DNA from: Peribolospora baueri | Lineage: Eukaryota | Reading direction: 5' to 3' | DNA length: 64,000 bases | NCBI GenBank assembly: GCA_029717555.1 | Contig: JAMDHS010000044.1 | Coordinates: 1-64,000 of the forward strand | Part shown: positions 1 through 10,284 of the stretch, piece by piece | How positions within the stretch are numbered: the stretch's first letter is position 1 | Layout of the letters: each line of letters starts with the position of its first letter | The notes under the pieces: generated by a model | Seen by the model: only the letters and a program-made list of their open reading frames with translations | What the model was told of the DNA's origin: nothing | Databases searched by the model: none | Position numbers and translations under genes: made by a program

Positions 1-39
1 ACCCTAACCCTAACCCTAACCCTAACCCTAACCCTAACC

Positions 40-80
<41 letters not shown>

Positions 81-106
81 CCCTAACCCTAACCCTAACC
101 CTAACC
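1..106. repeat. Telomeric repeat tract (CCCTAA)n / TTAGGG, left chromosome end
   Basis: About 17 tandem CCCTAA units from base 1, with one CCCTAAA variant near 56-62. The C-rich strand is on +, as expected at a left end. Confidence 0.98.
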
Positions 107-361
107 AGGGGCAGAGACCCCAACACGTATGGTGCCAAACTATCCGCGTTGGGCAGCCACCAGCGGCCACCAAAAGGCACGGAGAAACTGACACCGGAGG
201 AGCAGCGAATGGGCGTCAAGCCAGGTGACAAACTGTTCCAATGGCATCAAGAGGCGGCACAAAAAGCTTTGGATAGCGGTCATCGCGGGTCGTCCAACAC
301 CGCCGCCAAGCAAATTGCGGCAGCCGATGCCCTGCGGAATACGGGGGGGACATCGTTCTGA
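107..361 (+). pseudogene. Possible 5'-truncated ORF abutting the telomere
   Basis: One frame is open from the telomere junction to TGA 359-361 (RGRDPNTYGAKLSALGSHQRPPKGTEKLTPEEQRMG...GGTSF*). No family recognised. Confidence 0.3.
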
Positions 362-373
362 GGTCAATTGGGA

Positions 374-392
374 TAGGGTTAGGGTTAGGGTT
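374..392 (+). repeat. Interstitial telomeric tract, inverted relative to the terminal tract
   Basis: TAGGGTTAGGGTTAGGGTT on +, flanked by CAATTGGG at 365-372 and 401-408. Confidence 0.85.
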
Positions 393-418
393 TTTGTTGA
401 CAATTGGGGGTGGTGTCG

Positions 419-540
419 CAAACCCCCGCTCAGAATCTTGTGCTCATAGACTCAGACATAGTAGCTGCGGTGTTGGTCACAAACCTCCGTTCAGAACCTC
501 GTGCTCATAGACTCAGACACAGGTGCTGCGGTGTTGCAAG
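419..540. repeat. Two-copy diverged tandem repeat, about 61 bp period
   Basis: CAAACCCCCGCTCAGAATCTTGTGCTCATAGACTCAGACATAGTAGCTGCGGTGTTG versus CAAACCTCCGTTCAGAACCTCGTGCTCATAGACTCAGACACAGGTGCTGCGGTGTTG. Confidence 0.9.
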
Positions 541-749
541 GCGGGAACATGGGAGTTGCGGCGCTGTTCATGATTGTGTATATCAAGAGAGCCCGACAGG
601 GCGTCACATCTTTCCTCCCCACGCTAAGAATACTTTTGTCACCGCTCAGGTTTCCTCCAGAATTCCCCGTCCAGCATCAGCACCTTGCTTTGTGTCGACT
701 TCCGGTGGACCTCCATTCCGTCCTCCGTCCCTCGCTCGTGACCCGACCT

Positions 750-799
750 GAGTAGGGAAGTCCTGCCTGACATTCGAGTAGGGAAGTCCTCCCTGACAT
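750..799. repeat. Two-copy tandem repeat, 26 bp period
   Basis: GAGTAGGGAAGTCCT[G/C]CCTGACAT at 750-773 and 776-799, 23/24 identical. Confidence 0.9.
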
Positions 800-1068
800 A
801 GGGCTACCTCACCATCTCTTACTATTGTTCGCTCGACCGCACTCCCTCGACCTTCCCTGTTGTTTATTGTTCGAGTTTTACGAGGACCACGTGATCATGG
901 GCGTTCCAAACCGTAACCTTGTTTCATTGAGGCTATATATGGTCCTCACTAACGCCCGCCGAACCAGGTTCATCCCCTCCACCTCGGTCCATTTCCGGCC
1001 GTGGCATTCCGTCCTCAGCTCTCGATCGTCTTCCAGCACCCCCACCTCCGGTAACGCTTGGGCAAACC

Positions 1069-2118
1069 ATGGAGTCTCCCCACCAAGTCGACGAGCTCCC
1101 TGGATCGGACGAAATCTTGTTCGCCCTCCCGACCATCTCTGGCCCGGATCCGTCCATCTTGGATCTCTTCCCAGACGACCCGGCCGAGAGTCGGGCATTC
1201 ATCCGCGAGCTCGACGCGTACGACCCGCTCGCGGGCCACGTCGAGTGCGTCCATCGTACGTCGTCGCGGTGTGTATTTTCAATCCATGGCCAGGTCGTCC
1301 TCAAGGCCGCGGCGACGGTGGCACCCGCCGAGCAAGGGATCATCGAGTACATCAAGGCTAAGACGTCTGTTCCCGTGCCAGACACCCTTCTGAGATGGCA
1401 CAGCGACAAGGCCAAGAGGCATTTCATTCTGATGAAGCAGGCCAAGGGCGTCAAGCTTTATCCGAGTGGAATAGTGGAGGGCGTCAAACTTATCGACCCG
1501 AACCCGTGGATATCCATGGACGAGCGATGCAAGAGGGCCGTTGTCGACGAAACATGGAAGCATCTGCGCGAAGTGAGGCAGTTGACGTCAGGAAGGATCT
1601 GCAGTCCCGACGACAGCCCTCTTCAAGAGGGGTACCTCACAAAACAAGGCCGATTTCTTCGCTTCACTGGCGACAATCAGGCGGATCAACTTCTGAACCA
1701 GATGATTGTCTATGCCCGCGTCGATGCGGAGACTGTTGCGGTTGTGAGGGAGCTGCGCGCTAGGCATCTGGAGAAGAACCCGGAGGATCGTACGCGCTTC
1801 GTCATGACGCACAGCGACCTCGGGCCGTACAACATTCAGTTCGACCAGGAGTCCAAATCGATTTCTTGCATCCTGGACTGGGAAACTAGCGGGTTCCTGC
1901 CTGCTTGGTGGGAGCGCTGCAAACTGATCACTACTGTGGGCGACGGGCCGCCGGATTGGGTCAGGATGTTGGCGGAAAGAATGCCGAGGCGCCCCGAGAT
2001 GGAGGCTGCGATGGCGCTGACATGGGCGATGCCGTCACGACTGCTCACCGACGAAGAGGCTCGAAAAATTTACGACCAAGCGGTGCAGCGTATTGGGCAT
2101 CTCCCTAACCGGTCCTGA
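1069..2118 (+). CDS. Intronless aminoglycoside phosphotransferase / choline kinase family (protein-kinase-like) protein, 349 aa
   Basis: VVLK...EQGIIEYIKAKTSVPVP...FILMKQAKG N-lobe, Brenner motif HSDLGPYNI and ILDWETSGFLPAWWE, all typical of fungal APH-family proteins. Confidence 0.9.
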   Translation: MESPHQVDELPGSDEILFALPTISGPDPSILDLFPDDPAESRAFIRELDAYDPLAGHVECVHRTSSRCVFSIHGQVVLKAAATVAPAEQGIIEYIKAKTSVPVPDTLLRWHSDKAKRHFILMKQAKGVKLYPSGIVEGVKLIDPNPWISMDERCKRAVVDETWKHLREVRQLTSGRICSPDDSPLQEGYLTKQGRFLRFTGDNQADQLLNQMIVYARVDAETVAVVRELRARHLEKNPEDRTRFVMTHSDLGPYNIQFDQESKSISCILDWETSGFLPAWWERCKLITTVGDGPPDWVRMLAERMPRRPEMEAAMALTWAMPSRLLTDEEARKIYDQAVQRIGHLPNRS

Positions 2119-2581
2119 AGAGGGTGCGCGTCTGTAACGCGTCGCGTCGTCGCACCCTCCTGAAGCCCGTCCAAGACCCGCGTGCTCCATAGTTCCTAGC
2201 TCCCGTGTTCTGGTACCTAGCTCTAGCTCCCCGCTTGTCTCTTTGTCCATGTTCCTAGCCTTGTTCACCTTGATACCTTGTTGTCTTGATCTTCCTTGAC
2301 CTTGCAACCTTGCCCTTGTCGACCTACTTCGTACACGACGTCAATCGGCGGACGTTCATCACAGCGCCGAAACGACCCGCGTGTTACACGCAGCCATTAC
2401 AAAAACAAAATTTATCCGCCTAAACTTCAAATGCTTATAACTCTGCTTTTTCTCTCTTGCTTTTGCTTCGGATTTCGCTTTCATGGTCTTCTATTATTCC
2501 TCTACCAATCTATGTACTTTATATGCATTCAAAGTGCCTCCTTAAAATGTTGGCTTTCAACGGTGGGTGATCGAGCTCTTC

Positions 2582-2650
2582 GCATGTGTGTGTGTATGTG
2601 TGTGTCCTCCGTGTGTGTGTCCGTGCTCTGTGCATGTATCTGTGCGTGTG
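2582..2650. repeat. Degenerate (TG)n microsatellite
   Basis: Interrupted TG dinucleotide runs. Confidence 0.7.
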
Positions 2651-2779
2651 GGCAGGTCAGCTCATGGTGTCTCTCGGCGCACCTTGAGGGAGCGAAGGGA
2701 CCGTCAACGAAATGCCAACGAAATTTCCCTGTTCCCTTTTCGGCCGATCGTCACCAACGAGACGCCAACGCGATCGGCG

Positions 2780-3160
2780 CAGTGATCCTGCAGGAGGAAG
2801 GCCGGGACCTCGTCCGGTCCGGGGGCCTTATTGGGCGCCATTCTGAACAAGGCACAGCGAACGTCCTCTTCTGTGGGGATCGCGAGCGGCGGGGGGGCAG
2901 GGAGGGAGGGATCATCGGGTGGAGGGACGTGGAGTCGGGGCGGTGTCGGGAAGAAGGTGCGCAGAAAGAGGTCGGCCTGGTCTGAGGCCGCAACAACGTC
3001 TGGTGTCGCGGTAGGTGGAGAGGAAGGGGTCCCTCCCTTGGTGGGGGTAGCCCGTCTAGCATAGCGCGTGGCTGTCCACAGGGTGTCGCCGTTGAGACCT
3101 TCGAGAAACGACCGCCAGTGATTCCTCTTCGCTTGTCGTATATGACACCGTGCCGTCAAA
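2780..3160 (-). mobile_element. Fragment of Tad1/CgT1-like non-LTR retrotransposon ORF2 (linker and start of the RT)
   Basis: IRQAKRNHWRSFL...LWTATRY...QADLFLRTFFP...TEEDVRCALFRMAPNKAPGPDEVPAFLL, the characteristic pre-RT region of fungal LINEs. Truncated on both sides. Confidence 0.85.
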
Positions 3161-4397
3161 AAAGGCAAAGGAACCGATGTAGGCACGCACAGCGCCCTTT
3201 TGCTTTGCGTCTCCAAGCCCAATCCAGACTTGGCGTCGTAACCGGTCCCTTTTCAACAATGGGAAGACGTAGCGGGACGATGGGCCCCTTTTTTCTTGTG
3301 CACTGCGTTCCGCTGGTGTCCACCGGCACTTCTGTGAGTCGCCGGCCCTGAGTGTAGATTTACGGCCTCAGTGCCAGATCGGCCTGCATTCGGAGACAGA
3401 CGCCGGCCTGACTTGGGCCTGCCCGCAAGGCTATGGCGGTAAAGATCTATCGCCGAAGACCGCAAGAAAGCGACCGACAAAAGCGACGCTGGATTGGTTA
3501 AGTGACGTGGGCCCGCCTGATCCACGTCGTAAGATTCATTCCGACCGGCGACCATATTCATGCCCTTGAGAGAGCGCTGAGAAGCTCGTGCTTTTCCGCA
3601 GGCACTCCAAGATCACTCAAGGTCGCCATCACCTGGTAGATTGCCGGATCTCTTCCCGGCGGGAGCACGAGTAGAGTCCTGTGCTCAAGCGGAGAACCGA
3701 AATGATTATGGGCGAGAGACGAGCCTCGAGTTCTTTGGGTGCTCGAGGAGACTAATTGGGAAAGGTGGTATATTGGACTCCAGGCTCGGGTCCCAATGTC
3801 TCCACTTCCTCTTCGCGACGTCATCAATGCCAGTCAAAATTCCGCGCTGAGCCAGGTCCACGCCGCGTAGTCGAGAGCTGTATATGAGCAGTAGTGAGAT
3901 GTGAGATGTGAGGTAAAAAAAGAACGCTGATTCGCACGAGGAATGCAGATACAGAAGACGGGTCGGTCCGTCGCAGCGCCTTTTCGGAGCGTTTGACATC
4001 GCCGACGAGCGGTCCAAGGACCAAGGAAACCCACCATCTCTTCGAGAAGGGTGACGGTCAACGCCTCGGGACGACGGCGTTGACGGCCCGCTGAAATGCA
4101 ATCGTGAGTCGGATAGCGGCGTCGTCAACTTCGCCTGGACCTTGAGGGTCCTCGTGTTGTTCCTTTATGAAGCCCTCGACGGCGCTGACAACGTCTCAGA
4201 GGTCGACGGAGAGCAGGACGTATAGCGGGCCTTATGGGCCGTCCACTTGCCGCAGCAGATCTCGACGTGCCTGAGTCGCCGATGCGGTGGTGCAATAGCG
4301 ATCGCATTCTCAACGCTGGTAGTCTCGCTCCCCCCGCTCCTCCTCCCACCCAGGACGACGCACTCTCGCTTTTGGGTGGTCAGGGCGGTAACCGAAG

Positions 4398-7300
4398 ATG
4401 GCGAACGCCAGGGCGCATCCGGCCTCCCTCGCTTACTTCGCCATCTACGCCCCTCATCTCAAACCGCCGGACGCCAGCGAGGATGACGAAGCAGCGGACG
4501 CGGCGCAGGTCCTGTTCTACACTTCTCGAGAGCAGCCCGTGCGCCGGGACCGCATGCTGAGGCAGGTAGGACTGGCGCAGGGCGTTATGAACTTTAGCGA
4601 GATGATGGGCAAAGGAGAGGGCAGAGGCAAGGGCAAGGAGAGAGCGGGTGACGGTGGCGGTGGCGGCGGCGAAGAATGGAGGGGCCGGTCGTGCAACGTG
4701 CATAGCTCAAGGAAGAGGATGATTACCAGGGAGGTTGAGCCTGGTTACTGGCTTCATGCTGTGAGCTGCCTGGAACTTGGAAGCTTTCCTCGCCCTGCCC
4801 ATCTCCAAGCTCGCGGCTCGTCTGACATCCACTCCTCTCGATTCCCTTCAAGTGCATCGACCTCCCTCGCGATGCGCGCCCCGCCCTCTCCAAGTCAAAG
4901 CCTTCCGAGACCAAATGGGATTATCACGACGGGAATCTGCACGATGAGCACCTCGACGCCTGGCTCTTCCGTGCCTATCGTCGCTTTCGGCTCCTGCACG
5001 GGTCTTTCCAAGGTATCCTCCGCGAACAGGGCAAGGCTGCGTTGGAAAAGGCACTCGAGAAGACTTGGAGCATGTGGGTCCGTGATTGGGATCTTGATGG
5101 CGAGGAGGGATTTGAGGAGTATGCCGGAGGTGAGTGAACTTGCTCCTCCGGCTTAGCCGAGGGAATGGCCTCATGCTTCAATTTCGGACTGAACTCAGCC
5201 CGGACACATCGTTCCCGCTCAGAACTTCCGGCATCGCCATTGTTGGACCAACACGGGGAAGAGGTTGGGTGTCGATTATCGGAATTTATGGAAAGCGTAC
5301 GGCAGAATGGCCTAGAGTCGAACGTCATGGAAAAACGGGAGTTGGTACAAACGGGGGTGAGCGCCAAAGACGATACCACCTCTCCGTCAACGCATGGGAC
5401 ATCAGCCCCTGTTCTAGTCGCGCCTCCCATCCTCCTGCATGACTGCACTCTCCTTCATCTCCCCTCCGCCTCGTCGCAACTTCCACGGTCCGCCCTGCGT
5501 CTCATCGCTCTCCACGCTCTCTCCCTATTATCTGGCGAGGTTGCCCGACGAGGGACTCTCCCTTCCGTCGCCTCCGTTTTCGGGACTGGAAAAGGCGAGC
5601 CGAACGACGACAAGGAGGGTGGGAGAAAGTCGCCGGAGAAAGATTCCACTTCTGGCAATACCGGTGGCGGCATGTCTCGTTTCCATGCAGCCGCTGGTGG
5701 GAGTGTCTCCCAGCGGTCTTCCGTCCTTCGATCAGTCGGCTCCAGCGCCTCCCTCCGTTCTAACTCTTCTACTACTTCGACAAAGGCTGCGTCGGCTTGG
5801 CGACCATCGTCTGTGGACAAGTTGGCCAGAAGCGGCATCCCAGGCATGGACATGTCAGCCTTCGGGTTGAACAATCTTTTTTCCTCTCTAAGTCTAGGAG
5901 GGAAAAGTAGGGAAAAACTAAAGGACATGCAAGATAGCGAGAAGGAGGAGAAGCAGACGGACGATGGAGAGACGACGAAGGGAAGAGAAGGTGGGCGTAA
6001 AGGCCGTCCAGGAACTGGGACCACGCCTCGGACCGTGCCATCTGCGGGCTCTATGTCGCCGGTTCAGTCACCCGTCTCGGGCAAAGGCACCACTGCCGAA
6101 GCCGAAGCGAATTTGGTCACTTCGGCTTGGTGCGATCACGTCTCGGCCGAAAACGCAAACGCAGAGGCAGTCAAGGCACCCATGAACGGGAACGGCGACC
6201 CGCTTTCTCCGTCCAAGACGGAAGTACTCTCTTCCCGGTCGATCGAATCCAGCGAAACGCGCACCTGTCTCACCGAAGCCGAGGTGGATCCGGCTCATTT
6301 GGAGGAGGCGATGAGCGAGGACACACCTTCACCTATCGTGAAGGCCGTTGCTCGGCTCTCTGCTGCTACGACCGAATCGTCGTCAGCTCTGTCGAGGGAG
6401 GATAGTCCCAACAGAGGGGAAGATTCCATTGTCGAGAAAGGAGATGGTCAGATCGGGGGCTCGCAAGAGGAGACGAGACAGGAAAAGGGAGAAGAACCGA
6501 ACGTGTGGAGTGCGTTCGATGTCTTTGTTGAGTTGAAGAACGCGCAGCAGTCGAGCGAGGATAGCGTTGAACCAGACATGGCCCAGCTACATCAGCTCCA
6601 AGTCCTGTACACCTCGGTACGTAGTCTTCGCCCAAAGCTCGAGCTCTCGGCTTTTACCTGATGGGATAGACTTAGATTGACCTGAGGTCATATCTGTCCC
6701 TATCTCCTGTTACCAGCGGCATGCCTTCACTGCAGTGCTGGTCTTGCTCCCTTCCGCGCGATCCTCTTCATCACAGCCACCGTCACCGTCCAAGGCTCAG
6801 CAAGACCTTCTTCGACAGACCTGGGATCTCCTTCGCGACATAGAAAGGATCTTTCAGTCCGCTACCACTCTTCCTTCTGAAGCATCTTTTTCAAACTTGA
6901 GAGCCGAACGTGCCTCGTCCCCCCCGCCGAAAGTCGACCGGAAACCTCAGCGATGGCTTTTCATGGATCTCGTTCAAGGCACGCGACGCTCAACCCTATG
7001 GGGTCCTCCCCTATTTTTCTCGCCTCGTCAACCGTCATCTGGAGGAACATCGCCCGCAGCCACGAGAGAGGGAGGGAAACTCAAAATCCGAGAAGAGCGC
7101 CTCGCCAAGCGTCGCGAGCCGGAGGGGAGGGAGATCGAAGCCCTCCTCGTCGCCAGTCGGGCTTTGCAGCGCTCACCAAGGGGCGTGGCAGGCTGCGACG
7201 ATGACGACGACGACGAGTCCGGGACTAGTAGAGACGACGATGTTCGACCGGAGGTACTGGAGACATTCGCGAGGACCAACTCGGGCAAGGCTTGGGTCGT

Positions 7301-7587
7301 CTCCAAGGCTGTCAAGCGTAGAGGACGCGGTTGCGAGGACACGGAAGGTAGGGGAAGGGCTGAAGGGAAAGTCTTCCTCGTCGTGCAGGGCAAGGAAGTC
7401 AGCTTGATGGACGCCGACAGTGAGTTTTTTATTTCCTCTTCTCCCGCTGCGATAAGCATACGGTCTGCGGAGCAGTCAAACTCGCACTCGGTACTGATCC
7501 GTCGGTCTCCTCTCTCACCGGCCACATACACTGCTTGCAGACGAACTCCGCCGCCTCGCACATGAACATCCAGAGTTCGGCGTCTGA
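4398..7587 (+). CDS. CCZ1: Vacuolar fusion protein Ccz1 (Mon1-Ccz1 GEF subunit), about 5 exons
   Basis: N-terminal longin motifs PASLAYFAIY, QVLFYTS, RMLRQVGLAQG and AYRRFRLLHG. GT-AG introns near 4761, 5130, 6617 and 7420. Ends ELRRLAHEHPEFGV* at 7587. Confidence 0.85.
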
Positions 7588-7845
7588 CGAACATACTCAT
7601 GCATCGGATCGAGCCCACCTTTCCTCTGCCGGACAAACGTGCCCATTTGTTGCTACTAGACCTGCTCGGTTTGATTTGATACCCGTCCTGTCACCGCCAA
7701 GATTAAGTTTCCCGTGCGCTCCTTGCAACCTTATGATGAGATAATCCCCCTCGTCTCGAAGAACGCTTGCAGACCCGACGCGTATCTGTACTTTCGTCGC
7801 ATACAAAGACTGATGTGTCACATACATACATGTACGGAGTCAAGG

Positions 7846-9841
7846 TCACTTCTTCGACTTGGCAGCGAGCTCGATGGCCAACTTGAATGCTCCCAGCAGG
7901 GCAGTTAGCTGTATCTTCTCGCTCCCGCCTGAAGAGAGTCGGTGCCTGCGGGAATGGCAAGACAACGAGGGCAGGTCGGTGAGCATGCGCTCTTCAATCT
8001 AAGCCGATAGCCAAACCCGTCCACGTGCTTGCTGAAGAGTGCACTCACTCCGCGTTGGCGAGGTGATCCAGGAGGACGATCCTCGTCTGCGGTGGAAGAT
8101 CGAGGCCGTCTATGTTCTCGTAAATGCCGGTGATAAGGTCCTGAAGAGCTAGGCCTTTCTGCGTCTTGAGCGACGAAATGCCTGCGAAAGAAAGGAGCGA
8201 CGAGGGTGGGCGCGAGCCAGACGTTCAGGGAGCAAGAAAAGACGGAAGAATTGATGACGGCTGAAGGCTTACTGGCGTAGCTCGTCTGAAACTCATCGTT
8301 CATCATGCTGGTCACGATCCGAGAGACGTCGGAAGGGTGCGGGTTGCCTGTGCAATTGTACACAGCCGCTTCGTCGATGGTGTCGTACGCGGCATGACAA
8401 GCCTGAGATGCCATGATGGCAATAACCCGAACGGTTGGTCAGGAAAAGCCAGAAGATGCCCTGGCACGCTCGATCCACTCGCCTGAAGGATGTTCAACGC
8501 CCTGCGCATGTCCCCTTTCGAGAGCTTGAGAAGAGCTTCCTTGCCATCCTCCGTTATCTTGCATCTGTGCGAGCCGGATTACGAAAGGCGCGAAAGTGTG
8601 ATCATCAGATAAGATAGACAGGCCCGACCTCGGCCGAGGTTTGTGAGGCTCACCCTTCCGCCTCCATGACGACCTTCAACCGATCCTCCACCTGATCCAA
8701 CTCCAATGGGTTGAAACGGAAGCGCGTGCACCTCGACTGGATGGCGGGGATGATCTTGTTGACGTAGTTGCAGATGATGCAGAAGCGCACGTTGCGCGTG
8801 TACTGCTCGATGACTGCCAGTGCCATCGGAAAGATAAACGAGAAGCACCGTACAGTGGGTTTGCTAGCTTGGACGAAAGCTCACCTCGTCGCAGGGCTGC
8901 TTGCGCTTGCTGGGTCATCGCATCTGCCTCGTCCAGCACGATGAGCTTGAAGCCGGAGCTGACATGGACACGACGGGCGTACACTCGCGTCAAATTCCGC
9001 AAGAAATGTACCACGTCCCAGATCTATGTGCAGAACATCAGTGCCAACACGCCCACAGCTTACCTGAAGATGTTCTTCGTGCTCGCAAAGTTCTTGATCT
9101 GTTCCCTCACCACGTCGATACCGCGATCGTCGGATGCGTTGAGCTTTCGTGCATGTCGCAAAGTCGCATGGACAACGGTTAACGGTTTGCTCAAGAAAGC
9201 GCATTTTCACGTAACCATTCACTCCATCGTTCACTCACCTCCATCACGTTGTTGCGAAAGTTCTCTCCATACATCTTCCTTGCCATGGCGAGTATGGTGG
9301 ACGTCTTTCCCGTTCCTGGCGGACCATAGAAGAGCAGGTGAGGCAGTCGGTTTGTTTCGATAAATCGATTGACTGGCCGTGGAGATGAGGAAGATGGGCG
9401 GGAGGAGAAATTTCAACGGAAAGCAGAGCGTTACCGAGCCGGTCCTCTCTGATCGCGTACGGGCCCAACTCTTCACGAAGGCATTGCACCATCGCCGACA
9501 TAAGCCAGCGAAAGGAGAGCCAACTCACTTGTAGCCGTAATGTCCTTATGCGACACCAGATCATCGAGTGTAGCCGGGCGGTACTTCTCGACCCTGTTCG
9601 GCCGCGGTCAGAGGCGGAGGACGGCGAAGTCAGTCAGATCGGTCAACGCATTGTTCGACTCGACCACTGAAAAATGGGCCGCAACTTACCAAGGCAAATT
9701 GTCCGCCCCCGCTCCTACCGTCTGCACGTCTGCCTTCCCCTTTCCCTTCCCCATGAAAATGGCCGACGGGGGCCGGGGCGTTGAACCCGATCCCGCGCCG
9801 GCATTATCGGCGTCGACGTCCATTCCTTCCATACCCGACAT
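7846..9841 (-). CDS. RFC3: Replication factor C small subunit (yeast Rfc3 / human RFC5), multi-exon
   Basis: NLPW|VEKYRP, LPHLLFYGPPGTGKT, LNASDDRGIDVVREQIK, LIVLDEADAMT, SRCTRFRF and GDMRRALN motifs. C-terminus EKIQLTALLGAF. Confidence 0.93.
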
Positions 9842-10284
9842 GCTCGATCGCTCAGTCTATGCTGTCGAGACTGTTTCAAGGAGCGACGAAGGTGCCCGCA
9901 GAAATTGACAGGTAGGGCCTGGGGGCGAGAAATTTAGGGAAGGAGGCAGAAGATTGGTGGTGGTCAGGTTGGCCGAGTGTGTGAATGAAGCCCATCGACC
10001 CGATCTGCGCTCGACGCGACGCGGTCTCGTTTACGCGTAGACTGCGGCAAGCTCGCTTCCCCGATGAAGTTCAGCTTTCGATTTGCTGCTAAAGATGAAA
10101 TCATTTTTTCTCGACCGCGTCTTCGCAGTTCGAGCGTCGACAAAGGCATAAAATAGGACGGGGCCGATTCCTTAGAGTGTGTCTATGTAGGTACACGAGA
10201 GGGGTTGCTATGCAGTAGATAGATGATGGCGATGAGGGGGAATGAGGATTGGATATTGGCGTTCCGTGAGAGCTGACGCTACGC

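Noticed and set aside
56..62. Variant telomere unit CCCTAAA
   Set aside because: A single extra A is most simply a sequencing or telomerase slip.
419..799. CRISPR-like repeat-spacer array
   Set aside because: Eukaryotic context, only two copies of each repeat and no unique spacers.
2115..2165. Hammerhead ribozyme (CTGAAGA followed by a stem)
   Set aside because: The conserved GAAA after stem II is absent, so it is kept only as a hairpin.
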